From: Antedon mediterranea
Lineage: Eukaryota > Animalia > Echinodermata
Direction: 5' to 3'
Length of the DNA stretch: 64,000 nucleotides
Assembly (NCBI RefSeq): GCF_964355755.1
Contig: NC_092680.1
Coordinates: 20,717,045-20,781,044 of the forward strand
Both the position numbers and the translations under genes were made by a program. Below, piece by piece: positions 62,757 through 64,000 of this stretch. Position 1 is the first letter of the stretch. Each line of letters opens with the position of its first letter. The notes beneath the pieces are model-generated. The model was given only the letters and a program-made list of their open reading frames with translations, made no database searches and was not told the DNA's origin.

Positions 62757-64000
62757 ATTGTAAACTATATACAGCATGTCTATGGAAAGAGGTAAACAGA
62801 ATAATTAAAGCAGTAAACATAAATTGTAAACTATACAGTATGTCTATGGAAAGAGATAAACAGAATAATTAAAGCAGTAAACATACATTGTAAACTATAC
62901 AGTATGTCTATGGAAAGAGGTAAACAGAATAATTAAAGCAGTAAACATACATTGTAAACTATACAGTATGTCTATGGAAAGAGATAAACAGAATAATTAA
63001 AGCAAAACATACATTGTAAACTATACAGTATGTCTATGGAAAGAGATAAACAGAATAATTAAAGCAGTAAACATACATTGTAAACTATACAGTATGTCTA
63101 TGGAAAGAGATAAACAGAATAATTAAAGCAGTAAACATACATTGCAAACTATACAGTATGTCTATGGAAAGAGATAAACAGAATAATTAAAGCAGTAAAC
63201 ATACATTGTAAACTATACAGTATGTCTATGGAAAGAGATAAACAGAATAATTAAAGCAGTAAACATACATTGTAAACTATACAGTATGTCTATGGAAAGA
63301 GATAAACAGAATAATTAAAGCAGTAAACATACATTGTAAACTATACAGTATGTCTATGGAAAGAGATAAACAGAATAATTAAAGCAGTAAACATACATTG
63401 TAAACTATACAGTATGTCTATGAAAGAGATAAACAGAATAATTAAAGCAGTAAACATACATTGTAAACTATACAGTATGTCTATGGAAAGAGATAAACAG
63501 AATAATCAAAGCAGTAAACATACATTGTAAACTATACAGAATGTCTATGGAAAGAGATAAACAGAATAATTAAAGCAGTAAACATACATTGTAAACTATA
63601 CAGTATGTCTATGGAAAGAGGTAAACAGAATAATTAAAGCAGTAAACATACATTGTAAACTATACAGTATGTCTATGGAAAGAGATAAACAGAATAATTA
63701 AAGCAGTAAACATACATTGTAAACTATACAGTATGTCTATGGAAAGAGGTAAACAGAATAATTAAAGCAGTAAACATACATTGTAAACTATACAGTATGT
63801 CTATGGAAAGAGGTAAACAGAATAATTAAAGCAGTAAACATACATTGTAAACTATACAGTATGTCTATGGAAAGAGATAAACAGAATAATCAAAGCAGTA
63901 AACATACATTGTAAACTATACAGTATGTCTATGGAAAGAGATAAACAGAATAATTAAAGCAGTAAACATACATTGTAAACTATACAGTATGTCTATGGAA
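62757..64000. repeat. 64-bp tandem repeat, at least 19 copies, runs off the window
   Basis: Unit attgtaaactatacagtatgtctatggaaagagataaacagaataattaaagcagtaaacatac. Confidence 0.95.

Overview
AT-rich, intron-containing animal (invertebrate-like) DNA; the ORF track mostly shows exon fragments and intron read-through. Three host loci, all on the minus strand. (1) Gene B (61443->45970) is a complete multi-exon ROCO-type gene: N-cap, 11 intact plus 1 truncated single-ankyrin-repeat exons, C-cap, ROC GTPase, COR, tandem DED-like death folds and a PKPES tail. (2) Gene A (27068-> beyond position 1) is a close paralog with at least 19 ankyrin exons. (3) Between them lies a CHD1L/ALC1 gene (SNF2, macro, BRCT) with up to three frame disruptions and two U12-type introns. 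The main signal is the ankyrin arrays: symmetric phase-0, one-repeat-per-exon cassettes in near-identical introns, with amino-acid variation concentrated in about 6 codons after TPLHL, shuffled within and between paralogs. This suggests a diversifying immune-receptor system (inference). Gene A is interrupted by a 12.7-kb IS3EU-like DNA transposon carrying an intact DDE transposase, a 7-exon RING-finger gene and an old LINE. Also present: a Helitron, Helentron-type elements, hAT and Sola2-like non-autonomous elements, MITEs, a Deu/Nin-type SINE and 35-, 87- and 64-bp tandem repeats. Coordinates were read by eye; no database searches were run.
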